Position numbers and translations under genes: made by a program. From an uncultured Candidatus Saccharibacteria bacterium (lineage in GTDB: Bacteria > Patescibacteriota > Minisyncoccia > Phycocordibacterales > JABMNX01), in NCBI GenBank assembly GCA_964575755.1, contig CAZNRH010000004.1:699-64698 (forward strand): DNA of 64,000 nucleotides. The letters run 5' to 3'. The notes beneath the pieces were generated by a model. It was not told the origin of the DNA, did no database searches, and saw only the letters and a list, made by a program, of their open reading frames with translations. Shown piece by piece: positions 53,814 to 63,603 of this stretch. The first letter of the stretch is position 1; the number at the start of each line of letters is the position of its first letter.

Positions 53814-56800
53814 ATGACTAACACATTACAAACAAGAAAAATCGTAACAGCACTTATTGTTGTTGCAATGATCTTCGGCGCAATGTTTGCATTCACATCA
53901 GTGAAAGCATACGCACTTACCGAAGCTCAAATACAGTCAATCCTTTCTTTGCTCTCATCCTTTGGATCAGATCAAGGAGTGATTGACAATGTTAACGCCT
54001 CACTTCGAGGACAGGCAACAAGTGGAACTGGTTCAACTGGTACCACAGCATGTTCTTTCTCAGCTTCTCTTACAATGGGAAGTAAAGGTGCAGACGTAAC
54101 ATGTCTACAAGATTACTTAACAGGAACAGGTCACTTCACATTCTCAGGAGGCTCAACCGGATACTTCGGTTCAGTTACTAAGAGTGCAGTGGCAGCATGG
54201 CAAGCAGCTAACGGTGTTGCTCCAGCAGTTGGATACTTTGGCCCAATTTCAATGGCTAAGTACACAGCAGTTGCAGGAACAACAACAGGTGGTGACACAT
54301 CAGGTGGAACAACAACTCCAGCTCCAACAGGAACAGGACTTAGCGTTTCAGCAGGTGTACAACCAGCAGCTTCACTAGCGCCAGAAAGCGCAGCACGCGT
54401 ACCATTTACAAACTTCACAGTAACCGCAGGTTCAGATGGAGCAGTAACAATGAACAGTGTTGTAGTTGAAAGGACAGGACTTGCAGCAAATGCAGCATTT
54501 GCAGGTGTTGTACTTCTTGACTCAAACGGAGTAATGCTTGGAACAGCAAAGACTCTTAACTCAAACGATCAGGCAACTGTTGGAGAGGCAGTAACTATCC
54601 CAGCAGGAACATCACAAACATTTACCGTTGCAGGTAACATGGCAGCTGTTAACACATTGCGAGCAGGACAAGTGGCTTCACTTTCAATCGTGTCAGTTAA
54701 TACGACAGCAACAGTAAGTGGATCACTTCCAATTACTGGTGCTTCACACACAATTAACTCAACACTTACAATTGGTGCAGCTACAATGGCCGTATCTTCA
54801 TTTGATCCAAACTCAGCACAAAGCAAAGAGATTGGAACAACAGGGGTACGAGTAGCTGGTGTCCAAGTTACTGCAGGTTCAGCAGAGGACATTCGAATTC
54901 GAAACATTCGATGGAATCAAACTGGTTCAGCAGGAACAACTGACATTACTAATATTGTGACTGTAGTTGACGGTACTTCATACCCAACAACTATTTCATC
55001 AGATGGTAATTACTACACATCGAACTTCGGTTCAGGGATTGTAGTAACTAAAGGAAACAATGTAGATGTCTACGTAAAGGTAGACATAGCTTCAGGTTCA
55101 TCACGAACAGTAATTATGGATATTGCTAAGGCAACAGACATCTACGTTACAGGTGAAACCTTCGGATATGGAATTACAGCTACTCAGTCTCAAGACGGTA
55201 CAGTAGGATTAACTACTGCTTCTGAGTTTACAACTGGGTCTCCATTCTTTGACAACGCAACAATGACTATCTCAGCTGGATCAGTAACTACTATCCAGAA
55301 GTCAGCGTCAGTTGCAGCTCAAAACATTGCTGTTAACGTTTCTAATCAACCACTTGGTGGATTCGAGACAGACATCAAGGGAGAAGCTATCAACATCGCA
55401 GGAATGACATTCACTGTTGCTACTTCATCGGTTAGCACTGGTGGTCTTTTGACAAATGTAACTATTGTTGACCAGAACGGTTCAGTAGTTGCAGGTCCAA
55501 TTGATTCAACAGGATACGCTCCACAGACACTTGCATTTACTGATTCAATAACCATTCCAACAGGAAAGATGGTTTACACACTGAAAGGTAAGATTGGAGC
55601 AAATGCTACAAATGGTGGTACTTACATAGCGACAACAGATCCTTCTTCAACATGGACTACTCCAGTTGGAGATGTAACAGGTGATGCAATTACAATTGCA
55701 ACAGGTTCATTCTCTCTTAACACTATGACAGTTAAGGCAGCTGCACTTGATATTGCAATTTCATCAACACCAGTTGCACAGAACATCACTGCAGGAGCAC
55801 AAGACTTTACATTTGCTAATGTACAGCTTGACGCAACTCAGTCAGGTGAGGACGTAAGATTCTCTTCACTTAAGCTTGCAATGACATTTAGTGGAATGGC
55901 AGTTACAGATGTAACAGCTTGTCAGCTGTTTGATGGCTCAACTGCTTTGAACACAGGTTCAAATGTAGTAACACCTTCAGGATCTTCTGACGCTGACCAA
56001 ACTTTCACACTTGACCAGACATTAACTATTTCAAAAGGAACAGTTAAGTCACTTGCAGTTAAATGTGACCTTGCAAGTGGTCTTAGTGACGGAGATTACG
56101 TTGCTTGGGGTATTAACTTAGCATCTTCTAACCCAACAGTTACAGGTGTAACTTCATCTAGTTCAGTATCAGAAAATATTTCTGACGCAACAGGACCTCA
56201 GATGACAGTTGCAACAGTAGGTGTTGTAGCTTCAAAGGACTCAGCGAGCCCTTCATACGTGATTGGAGCAGCTGGCTCAACTGGAGTTAACGCAGGAGTT
56301 ATTAAATTCCGAGCTTCAAACGAAGCGGTTACACTTCAAAGAGTAGGATTGGTACTTACAAGCGGTGCAGCAGCAGACCTTGTACAGGTTTCTCTATGGG
56401 ATGGCTCAACTAAGGTTGGTACAGCTATCTTTGTAGGATCAAACACAAACGCAACTTCAACTCTAACAACTCCTGTCACACTTCCTAAGGATGTTGACAA
56501 GACGTTGACAGTTAAAGTTGACCTTGCAAGTATTGGTTCTTCACAACCAGGAACACAAGGTAAATTGATTAAGGTTGACATCAACACAGACGGAACTAAC
56601 ACCCAAGGAGTCGGACAAGAATCAGGAACAACAGTTACTGTTTCAGGTTCAACTTTGGTGGATGGAGTACGTATGATGAAGTCATACCCAACATTCGCAA
56701 AATTGTCAGTACCTTCAACCACACTTGTTACTTCAACAATGGATCTTTACCGATTCAGCGTGACAGCTAATAGTGCAGGTTCAGTCGGTATCTACAGGTT

Positions 56801-57317
56801 CACTGTGAACATTGCGACATCATCAACACCTTCTGGAACATCATCAACAACTGTAAAACAGCTTAAGGTTTATGCTTACACTGATTCAGGATTCTCCTCA
56901 ACAGTGTCAGGATTCTCTACTGCTGGTCAGTTGAACAGTACAGCCGCTGGATTAGTAGATGGAGACAATATTATCCTTATGGGTGGTACGTCTGGATCAC
57001 AGGCATATCTCCAGATTCCAGCAGGAGCAACGTACTACTTTAAGGTTGTAGGAGATGTAGCTCTAACTGGTGGACCAACTGCAGGTTCAATTACGACCAG
57101 TCTTCTAGGGGATGCGAATTACCCACTTAACGGTACTAGCTTCCTTATGGCTGATGCAGCAAGCTCGACGGCGTTTACTGATGGAAATGGAGATAACTTC
57201 ATTTGGTCACCAAACGCAACAACAACGTCTAATGTTGAACATGAAGATTGGACAAATGGTTACTTCGTATCAGGATTACCTTCAGGTAACATGGATAACC
57301 AAGTTATCGTTAAGTAA
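53814..57317 (+). CDS. Large S-layer-like surface protein with peptidoglycan-binding domain
   Basis: Signal peptide (VKAYA), PG-binding motif (L..GS.G.DV..LQ..L..GYFG..T..AV..WQ..NG...G.FG..S), Thr/Ser/Gly-rich beta repeats, strong codon bias. Confidence 0.85.
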   Translation: MTNTLQTRKIVTALIVVAMIFGAMFAFTSVKAYALTEAQIQSILSLLSSFGSDQGVIDNVNASLRGQATSGTGSTGTTACSFSASLTMGSKGADVTCLQDYLTGTGHFTFSGGSTGYFGSVTKSAVAAWQAANGVAPAVGYFGPISMAKYTAVAGTTTGGDTSGGTTTPAPTGTGLSVSAGVQPAASLAPESAARVPFTNFTVTAGSDGAVTMNSVVVERTGLAANAAFAGVVLLDSNGVMLGTAKTLNSNDQATVGEAVTIPAGTSQTFTVAGNMAAVNTLRAGQVASLSIVSVNTTATVSGSLPITGASHTINSTLTIGAATMAVSSFDPNSAQSKEIGTTGVRVAGVQVTAGSAEDIRIRNIRWNQTGSAGTTDITNIVTVVDGTSYPTTISSDGNYYTSNFGSGIVVTKGNNVDVYVKVDIASGSSRTVIMDIAKATDIYVTGETFGYGITATQSQDGTVGLTTASEFTTGSPFFDNATMTISAGSVTTIQKSASVAAQNIAVNVSNQPLGGFETDIKGEAINIAGMTFTVATSSVSTGGLLTNVTIVDQNGSVVAGPIDSTGYAPQTLAFTDSITIPTGKMVYTLKGKIGANATNGGTYIATTDPSSTWTTPVGDVTGDAITIATGSFSLNTMTVKAAALDIAISSTPVAQNITAGAQDFTFANVQLDATQSGEDVRFSSLKLAMTFSGMAVTDVTACQLFDGSTALNTGSNVVTPSGSSDADQTFTLDQTLTISKGTVKSLAVKCDLASGLSDGDYVAWGINLASSNPTVTGVTSSSSVSENISDATGPQMTVATVGVVASKDSASPSYVIGAAGSTGVNAGVIKFRASNEAVTLQRVGLVLTSGAAADLVQVSLWDGSTKVGTAIFVGSNTNATSTLTTPVTLPKDVDKTLTVKVDLASIGSSQPGTQGKLIKVDINTDGTNTQGVGQESGTTVTVSGSTLVDGVRMMKSYPTFAKLSVPSTTLVTSTMDLYRFSVTANSAGSVGIYRFTVNIATSSTPSGTSSTTVKQLKVYAYTDSGFSSTVSGFSTAGQLNSTAAGLVDGDNIILMGGTSGSQAYLQIPAGATYYFKVVGDVALTGGPTAGSITTSLLGDANYPLNGTSFLMADAASSTAFTDGNGDNFIWSPNATTTSNVEHEDWTNGYFVSGLPSGNMDNQVIVK

Positions 57318-57378
57318 TCTCGTTACTTAGACCTAATCTAGAAGCAAAGTTCGCTAACACTTACTCCTAGATAAAATA

Positions 57379-57412
57379 AAAACCCTCGCTTTTGCGAGGG
57401 TTTTTATTTTAT
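57379..57412 (+). terminator. Rho-independent terminator
   Basis: AAAACCCTCGC-TTTT-GCGAGGGTTTT followed by T-rich sequence. Confidence 0.8.
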
Positions 57413-57444
57413 CAGTTTGTAGGTTTACAGTTGTTAGCTTACAG

Positions 57445-57675
57445 GCTCCCTGTTTGCCCAAGCTTTGCTTGGATACAAACAGCAGTGCAGAGCCTCCCTG
57501 TTTGTCTAAAAGCCACAACGATTAGATACAAACAACAGAGCAGGAAGGTCTTTTCAGACCGAGTCGTGGAAAACACGACCGCCGAAGGCGGTCGTGTTTT
57601 TTGCTAAAAGCCGTAACCCGTAAGCTGATAGCTAACGCAGTCACAAGCAACCTTTAGGTTGCTTGTGACTGCGTT
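57445..57675 (+). repeat. Tandem GCTCCC-stem-GCAGTGC repeats plus two perfect hairpins
   Basis: Copies at 57445-57488 and 57494-57568; hairpins at about 57571-57600 and 57634-57675. Confidence 0.75.
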
Positions 57676-57688
57676 TTAAAATACAATA

Positions 57689-58516
57689 GTGGACATGTTT
57701 ACAGATAAAATCAACAGTGAAAAGACTCAAAAAATTATTGGAATAACAGTAACTGTGCTCCTTGTCGGCCTTATTGGCTGGTATGTTATGCGTGATATTT
57801 CTCCTGTAAATCCTACTGGAGAGCTAGATAAAGTAGGGGGTGGGAGTATAGAAGCTCTAGTTGAAAGCGGTGATGCTGAAATAAAAGAAATACCAACAGG
57901 TTTAGACCTTGATGTTGATACAGTAGCGCGACCAAAACTAGGTAGAGCAATTACGTTTCCAGATAGGTTTTCTTCTGAAGCGATTGAAATTTTAGTAAAT
58001 AATATTGCGACACTTACAACTCAATTAAAAGAAGACCCTAACTCATTTCAAGCTTGGTCTGACTTGGCAATACAATATAAAATAATTGATGACTTTGAAG
58101 GAGCTGCTGAAATATGGGGATTCTTAATAATTTCCACAGAAGACAATGTAAATACTCGCATTAACCTTGGTAACCTATATCACTATCAACTAAGAGAGTA
58201 CGAGAAATCAGAGGCAGTATTTAAAGAAATAATAGACATCGATAGTAGTGTGTCGGGAGCATACACAGGACTTCATGAGTTGTATAGATATTCATATAAG
58301 ACAGATACAGCACAGGCAATAGATATACTTAAGGAGGGTGTGGTAGCTGTACCAGACGATATTGATATCAGGATGTTACTTGCTTCGTATTACACAAAGA
58401 TTGATATGAAAGATGAGGCGCTTCTAGTGTATGAAGAAGTATTAGTGATGGCAAACACAGCAGGGAATACAAACTTAGTTACCATAATAGAGTCAGCAAT
58501 TCAAAATCTTAAATAG
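57689..58516 (+). CDS. Membrane-anchored tetratricopeptide repeat protein
   Basis: N-terminal TM; TPR signatures (W..LA..Y, NLGNLY, A..L..G...P). Confidence 0.8.
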   Translation: MDMFTDKINSEKTQKIIGITVTVLLVGLIGWYVMRDISPVNPTGELDKVGGGSIEALVESGDAEIKEIPTGLDLDVDTVARPKLGRAITFPDRFSSEAIEILVNNIATLTTQLKEDPNSFQAWSDLAIQYKIIDDFEGAAEIWGFLIISTEDNVNTRINLGNLYHYQLREYEKSEAVFKEIIDIDSSVSGAYTGLHELYRYSYKTDTAQAIDILKEGVVAVPDDIDIRMLLASYYTKIDMKDEALLVYEEVLVMANTAGNTNLVTIIESAIQNLK

Positions 58517-58528
58517 AGCTAAAATAAC

Positions 58529-58965
58529 AAATTTGGAGACCTGGTCTCCAAATTTGTATAAAAGATTAAATAATATGCAACGAATAGTAAATCATTCATT
58601 TTTCAAATTCTTCGTTGGTTTTATAGCGATGTTACTTCTTAGTTTTGCGATTATAACCATAACTTCACAGATTTCAGAAAAGGAAGTCGACTCCAAAAAC
58701 CAAACAGCCTGCCAAGATTCAGAAGACTGCTAAACAACAAATGGAGGACGTCGGATGTCCTCCATTTGTAGAAAAGTTATTAACAGAATGACGTGGTTTG
58801 AGGTGGTTAGGTTTTTTGGTTGTTGAAGTCAGACTTCAACAAACTTCAACAAAAAATGAGGGACGTCGGAGGTCCAACATTTAAGGAGGGGTATAGTTCT
58901 GTTTCAGACTATATGCGTAAGTTAAAACCCAGAATAATAAATTTGGAGACCTGGTCTCCAAATTT
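58529..58965. repeat. Region bounded by two identical 27-bp palindromes, with further palindromes and an antitoxin gene fragment
   Basis: AAATTTGGAGACCTGGTCTCCAAATTT at 58529-58555 and 58939-58965; 58881-58920 matches 46095-46134 at 37/40. Confidence 0.8.
58575..58733 (+). CDS. Small single-pass membrane protein
   Basis: MQRIVNHSFFKFFVGFIAMLLLSFAII...; within ORF 58533-58733. Confidence 0.5.
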   Translation: MQRIVNHSFFKFFVGFIAMLLLSFAIITITSQISEKEVDSKNQTACQDSEDC

Positions 58966-58976
58966 AGACTGCTGGT

Positions 58977-59300
58977 CTAGTTACTTATGTGTTTTGTTGT
59001 AAACCACAATCCGGCAATAAAAACGGATATAAGAGATATAAAAACAGGGGGAAAAAGTAACATATACCCTAAAATAATTAAAATAAATTTAGAGTCCTCT
59101 CCAAATATTTCAATATATATCCCAAAACTGATAGGGAAAGTTAAAAGAATTAATGTCAGAATGACGGTGATTATATATACTAGTATAGATACAATTCTTG
59201 CGAAAACATGTTTTCCTTTATTGAAAATCTTTCTTCTTGGCCATATCGCTAATTTATATCCCAAAAAGCAAGAGAGCGCTAATGGTACAAGGAGCAACAT
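58977..59300 (-). CDS. Hypothetical 3-TM membrane protein
   Basis: 107 aa, strongly hydrophobic. Confidence 0.5.
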   Translation of the reverse strand: MLLLVPLALSCFLGYKLAIWPRRKIFNKGKHVFARIVSILVYIITVILTLILLTFPISFGIYIEIFGEDSKFILIILGYMLLFPPVFISLISVFIAGLWFTTKHISN

Positions 59301-59408
59301 GATGTACTATGAGGTCATATCTGCCATAACTATAGTGTATCATCACAAAAAATGACTCTAGTGCTGGCTCTAGAGTTAATTTTTTTGTGATGGTATAGTT
59401 ACTTATAC

Positions 59409-60053
59409 ATGAAAACTTTCTTTTTAAATGTGTGGAGATATGGGCGGTGGGTTCTATTGGCTGTGATTGTGTTGTATGTGGCTCTCGTCATCTATCGAAT
59501 TCCATTTGTGGCAGAACAGGAAAGGTCTGACGAAGCTGTTGCATTTATTAATGCGCAAGCTATTACAATGGCAGATGTGACAGGAGAGAATTTGCCACCA
59601 GTGCCCGACAAAGAAATAAATGATTCGACTATTGAGGGAATCGACGTAAACAGTAATGGTATTCGAGATGATGCTGAACTCTCTATCTTTGAGATCTATC
59701 CATATGATATTAAGATTCGCGCAGCTTTGTTGCAGTATGCAATGGCATTGCAGTTGTATATTACAAAAGTGTTTGATTCGGAGACGTGGAAAGAAGCTGA
59801 TATTCAAACGTCACGAGGGTACTTTTGTTTATTAAAATCTCTTCCCCAATTAGATAAGAATATTGCAACTAGTAAAGATATCGAAATTTTTTCTGATAAA
59901 CACGATTTTCTTGTAGATCAAGTTAGAGATCTTGTGATGAATACTGAAATTAGAAAAGAAAAGTATGAAGACATGTTTGTTAAATTTATCACTTCAACTA
60001 GCGGAAATGAAAAAGAAGACTGTGATCTAGACCAAGAAGTATTTAGGAATTAA
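59409..60053 (+). CDS. Membrane-anchored protein with a DxNxNGIRDD Ca-binding-like motif
   Basis: TM; LPP.PD...ND.TI.GID.N.NGIRDD.E; RAA..QYA; two Cys. Confidence 0.7.
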   Translation: MKTFFLNVWRYGRWVLLAVIVLYVALVIYRIPFVAEQERSDEAVAFINAQAITMADVTGENLPPVPDKEINDSTIEGIDVNSNGIRDDAELSIFEIYPYDIKIRAALLQYAMALQLYITKVFDSETWKEADIQTSRGYFCLLKSLPQLDKNIATSKDIEIFSDKHDFLVDQVRDLVMNTEIRKEKYEDMFVKFITSTSGNEKEDCDLDQEVFRN

Positions 60054-60059
60054 TATTCT

Positions 60060-61289
60060 ATGTTTAAAAAAACTTGTGTAATTCTGACTCTCGTAGTAAT
60101 AGGATTGTCTAACGCTAATATTGCACTTGCTGAAAGTTGTAAAACTGATGGTTATACTGTGGTGTTTGTAAATGGGGTTTTTACAAGTGAAGAAGAAGCT
60201 AGGGCTGGAATGGATGAATTTAAAAAGGACTATTTTTTATTAGCAAGTGGTCGTAATAATGTCACATTTAAGTTAGGCTATAACCCATCACATCTAGCGG
60301 GGGTCGGGGATATTGCGCAGGCAGTGTCGCAGGTGATGGGGTCGTCGATGAGTGACTTTGATCTACAGACCATATTGATGCAGGTTCATTCGGAGATAAC
60401 GACTCAGAAGATTCTATTAGTTGGACATTCTCAGGGTACTTTATATACGAATGAGATGTATAAGTATTTGACTACGCATGGTGTGCCTGTGGAGGCTATC
60501 GCTGTATATAATCTTGCGACACCAGCGAGTTCTGTTTCTGGAGGCGGTAAGTACCTCACATCTGGTAATGATAATCTTATAAACACAGTTCGAGAGTGGA
60601 CGGCTAGTGTAGGTGCTCCACAACCTCTCCCTGCAAATGTTCTTTTACCGCCTTCGTCTGCTGACATAGAAGAACTTTTTCGTGGGCATGCATTTTCTCG
60701 TGAGTATCTTGCACAGGGTGCAGGAACTATTGTGTCTGATATCGATAATTTGTTAAGTGGATTAAAGACAGGAGGCACGGTTTCTGGAAGCGAGTCTGGT
60801 TGTTTCGATTCGCCTGTTGGCACGTTCTCTTATAGAATGCAAAAGTTTGGTTTCGCCATTGCTGACCCGTCTGTTACAGCTATACGCATTGCGGTAGTAA
60901 ATACAGGAAAGACGATGGCGGCGGTTGGGTCTTCTGTAAAATATCGAGTGCTGACTGTGATTGAAAATGCTCATTTTGGTTTGTTTTCTGGGCAAGATAA
61001 GGTCACGCAGAATACAGCGTCAGTGGGGAGTATAGAATATTCTCAAAAGACTATATTTGAGTTGGAGCTTCCGCCTGTTCCTGATGACTTGTTACAAGAA
61101 GAAGTTGAGACAGAAGAAGAGGTTGTGCTAGGGGAGGAAGGACCTAAGCTTCGATTGGCAGAAGAAGTGGTGATAGGGGCAACTCGATTAAAAGGCATGT
61201 CGCCGCCTTTGGGTACACCTGATTTGGGAGGCGCAACAATTGATAGTTCACCACCAAATGGTCCACCACCACCTGGGGGAGAGTATTAA
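60060..61289 (+). CDS. Secreted alpha/beta-hydrolase (cutinase/lipase-like)
   Basis: Signal peptide; VFVNG, nucleophile elbow GHSQG, later D and H (GHAF..Y) candidates; Pro/Glu-rich tail. Confidence 0.75.
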   Translation: MFKKTCVILTLVVIGLSNANIALAESCKTDGYTVVFVNGVFTSEEEARAGMDEFKKDYFLLASGRNNVTFKLGYNPSHLAGVGDIAQAVSQVMGSSMSDFDLQTILMQVHSEITTQKILLVGHSQGTLYTNEMYKYLTTHGVPVEAIAVYNLATPASSVSGGGKYLTSGNDNLINTVREWTASVGAPQPLPANVLLPPSSADIEELFRGHAFSREYLAQGAGTIVSDIDNLLSGLKTGGTVSGSESGCFDSPVGTFSYRMQKFGFAIADPSVTAIRIAVVNTGKTMAAVGSSVKYRVLTVIENAHFGLFSGQDKVTQNTASVGSIEYSQKTIFELELPPVPDDLLQEEVETEEEVVLGEEGPKLRLAEEVVIGATRLKGMSPPLGTPDLGGATIDSSPPNGPPPPGGEY

Positions 61290-61295
61290 GTTTAT

Positions 61296-61364
61296 AAACA
61301 CTTGGGTGTCGGTCTGTGGTCTCCGGACATAATATTTTGCGAAATATCAGACACCCAAGTGTTT
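61296..61364. repeat. 15-bp-arm palindrome interrupted by a GATAT..CGCAA..ATATT repeat insert
   Basis: AAACACTTGGGTGTC / GACACCCAAGTGTTT around 61311-61349, which resembles 46237-46276. Confidence 0.75.
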
Positions 61365-61850
61365 TGGTTAGTATTGACTTTTAATTTATATAGTGATATT
61401 TTATTTGTGCAACGTGGAAATTCCCCCCCAGTACATGTTGCGTGCGCGAAGTCCATTGCGACTTCGACAACCTAGTGTGGCATCTTTGGGATCTCCCCCC
61501 TCCCTGTGTGCCACACGGGGTTTCTTTTTTATATAAATGTGATATATTATTTTTATCTTTTGGACAAGTGGAATGCTGTTCTCTGCCCATGGTTCGTATT
61601 CTTCCCCAAGAGTTCTTGGAACCATGGCCTGGTTCCTCCTAGTCCTGCACTGTATTGATGAATTCCCAGGTCCATCAATCTGTGCAGGGCTTTTTCTTTT
61701 TCTTATTATTTTATGGCTGTGGATAATAGTTGAGGGGGGTGTATTGGTGTGTTATAGTGAGTGTGGGAGCAGTTCTTTTGTATTTTAAGCACTTAAGTCA
61801 GTGTGGGACTGTGATCCTGTATTTGAAACCTTCAATAGGGAGATTCTTTC

Positions 61851-62411
61851 ATGAGAATTTTGTTATATGTCCGAATATCCATGGCCACCGCCACCATCGC
61901 CTTGCTTTCCATAGGCCTGAGCAGCAACGCCATGTCAGCGCAGCAATCGCTGTTTGATATCAATCCGCCGACCCAACAGGCCTATACGCCTGACATTGTG
62001 GCTGGCTACACCGACATGGCCGACGTGACCATCATGACTCCCGCACGCATCGACACTGACGCTTTGCCGATTGGTCTGACATTTGGACTTTCTCGTGGTG
62101 AAGTTGATTCGATTTTGGCGAGCGGCTCTACGCCACCCGACCTCGGCTTCAAACCTGATCCTGGTGACATCACGTTGAAGCCAGTGGCTCTGAGTCTTCC
62201 GTTTAAAGATGGTAACATCACGACCGACGTTGGCTCAGCAATCATTACGACGATAAAATCGTCCAAAGTCATCAATCTTGGCCAATATGGATACACTCCA
62301 TATGCCAGTGTGTCCAGTCTTGTTGCATATATGGCCAATGGCACGTCACTCGGCATCAGAAGCGACGACTTCCTCACATCGGAAACCTTCGGCGGTCATC
62401 TTCGCCTCTAG
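61851..62411 (+). CDS. Hypothetical secreted orphan protein, GC-richer than host genes
   Basis: 186 aa, signal-peptide-like N-terminus, C-ending codons. Confidence 0.55.
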   Translation: MRILLYVRISMATATIALLSIGLSSNAMSAQQSLFDINPPTQQAYTPDIVAGYTDMADVTIMTPARIDTDALPIGLTFGLSRGEVDSILASGSTPPDLGFKPDPGDITLKPVALSLPFKDGNITTDVGSAIITTIKSSKVINLGQYGYTPYASVSSLVAYMANGTSLGIRSDDFLTSETFGGHLRL

Positions 62412-62709
62412 CCGACCAAATCTGGAAAGGGAGTCTCAAGAATGGGACTCCCAATCCTACCACCTCTATATTCTCTATGAGAAGTAGGGGTTTTTGTTTT
62501 TTATAATTACAGACTGAACTATGTCCAGTTAACCGGACATAGCAACTGGCAGACTTTTCAACCTGCAAGTTGAAACCTATAAGCTATAAGCTAAACAACA
62601 TTAAATCAACAAAGCGCGAAGCGCTTTGTTGATTTAATGTTGTTTATATGATTAAGTGTCTTTAGAATATTGTTTTTTAACGCTTTTAACTTCTGAGGAG
62701 GGGAGTGAG

Positions 62710-63333
62710 ATGAAGATTCTTAATATTGAAGTAAGGCATACTATTCCAAACGACCTATCATTGTACAGAATGGTCGCTGGACTTATCATTGCTGTGCTTT
62801 TCTTGACGATGTCACAAGGAATTGTGTTTGAAGTGACGTGGGTCGCCATATATGTCATCGCGTGTCTTACTGATTGGGCTGATGGACATATTGCAAAAAG
62901 ATGGCTGTCAGAAGCGTCTGACTTTGGCAAAATAATCGACCCTCTCGCTGACAAGGTGTTGGTAATCTCAATGGTTACCCTTGTATTGTTTGTTGGGAAG
63001 GTTGAGCTTTTGAGTTTTGAATCGTTTCTCATGGCGCTCATCGTTGCAAGAGAGGTATTAATTTCTATTGCACGAAAACCATTGATTGGGGATGTAAACA
63101 TTCTTTCTGTGAGTAAAATTGGGAGGTGGAAAGCTGCTGTTCAAATGATTGCCGTCGGAGTGCTTCTAGGTAGAGACGGTATTATTGCTGGACTCTTTGG
63201 CCGAATGGTGCCACACTTATCATTTGAATATTTCGGTTCTTTACTTTTACTCACCGCGACAATTCTTACATTGTATTCAGGGTATGGATACTTTGTTCGC
63301 TGGATTAATACGTCTGGTGCAACGACAACTTAA
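62710..63333 (+). CDS. pgsA: CDP-alcohol phosphatidyltransferase (PgsA-like)
   Basis: IPN.LS..R, TDWADG.IA....S.FG.IIDP.ADK, ARE and G.WK..VQM motifs; GAGGAGG upstream. Confidence 0.85.
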   Translation: MKILNIEVRHTIPNDLSLYRMVAGLIIAVLFLTMSQGIVFEVTWVAIYVIACLTDWADGHIAKRWLSEASDFGKIIDPLADKVLVISMVTLVLFVGKVELLSFESFLMALIVAREVLISIARKPLIGDVNILSVSKIGRWKAAVQMIAVGVLLGRDGIIAGLFGRMVPHLSFEYFGSLLLLTATILTLYSGYGYFVRWINTSGATTT

Positions 63334-63355
63334 GAAGTATTAACTCTAAGTATGT

Positions 63356-63398
63356 ATACCCGGGCTCTCTTTTGAGAGAGCCCGGGTATTGTTTTTTT
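63356..63398 (+). terminator. Rho-independent terminator after pgsA
   Basis: ATACCCGGGCTCTC..GAGAGCCCGGGTAT plus T-tract. Confidence 0.75.
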
Positions 63399-63443
63399 AT
63401 ATATATTTTGACTTTTCTATATTTGTTGTATATACTCGCTGTA

Positions 63444-63582
63444 TTGGACTGAAGACAACAGGCGCGATTAGCTGACAGCCAAAAGCTAACTTTAAGACCT
63501 GTCGAGGAACTACATGCATTCATATATTATATGTTGGCGTGTCTAACTACTTCATTCAGACCAATTTAATGGTCGGTTTTTT
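63444..63582 (+). promoter_or_regulatory. Ribosomal protein L10 leader RNA
   Basis: GAAGACAACAGG...TTAA..CCTGTCGAGG, closing TTCAG, attenuator-like hairpin plus T-tract; TTGACT-17-TATACT promoter at 63408-63436; precedes rplJ. Confidence 0.8.
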
Positions 63583-63603
63583 ATTGCATAGCCAAAAATT
63601 ACA

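Noticed and set aside
58529-58965. Possible CRISPR array (identical 27-bp palindromic repeats)
   Set aside because: Only two copies, 410 bp apart; no regular spacers and no cas genes in the window.
58820-59002. 60-aa ORF sharing peptides with the antitoxin and with ORF 58533
   Set aside because: A patchwork of palindromic repeats and a 40-bp gene fragment; unlikely to be a real gene.
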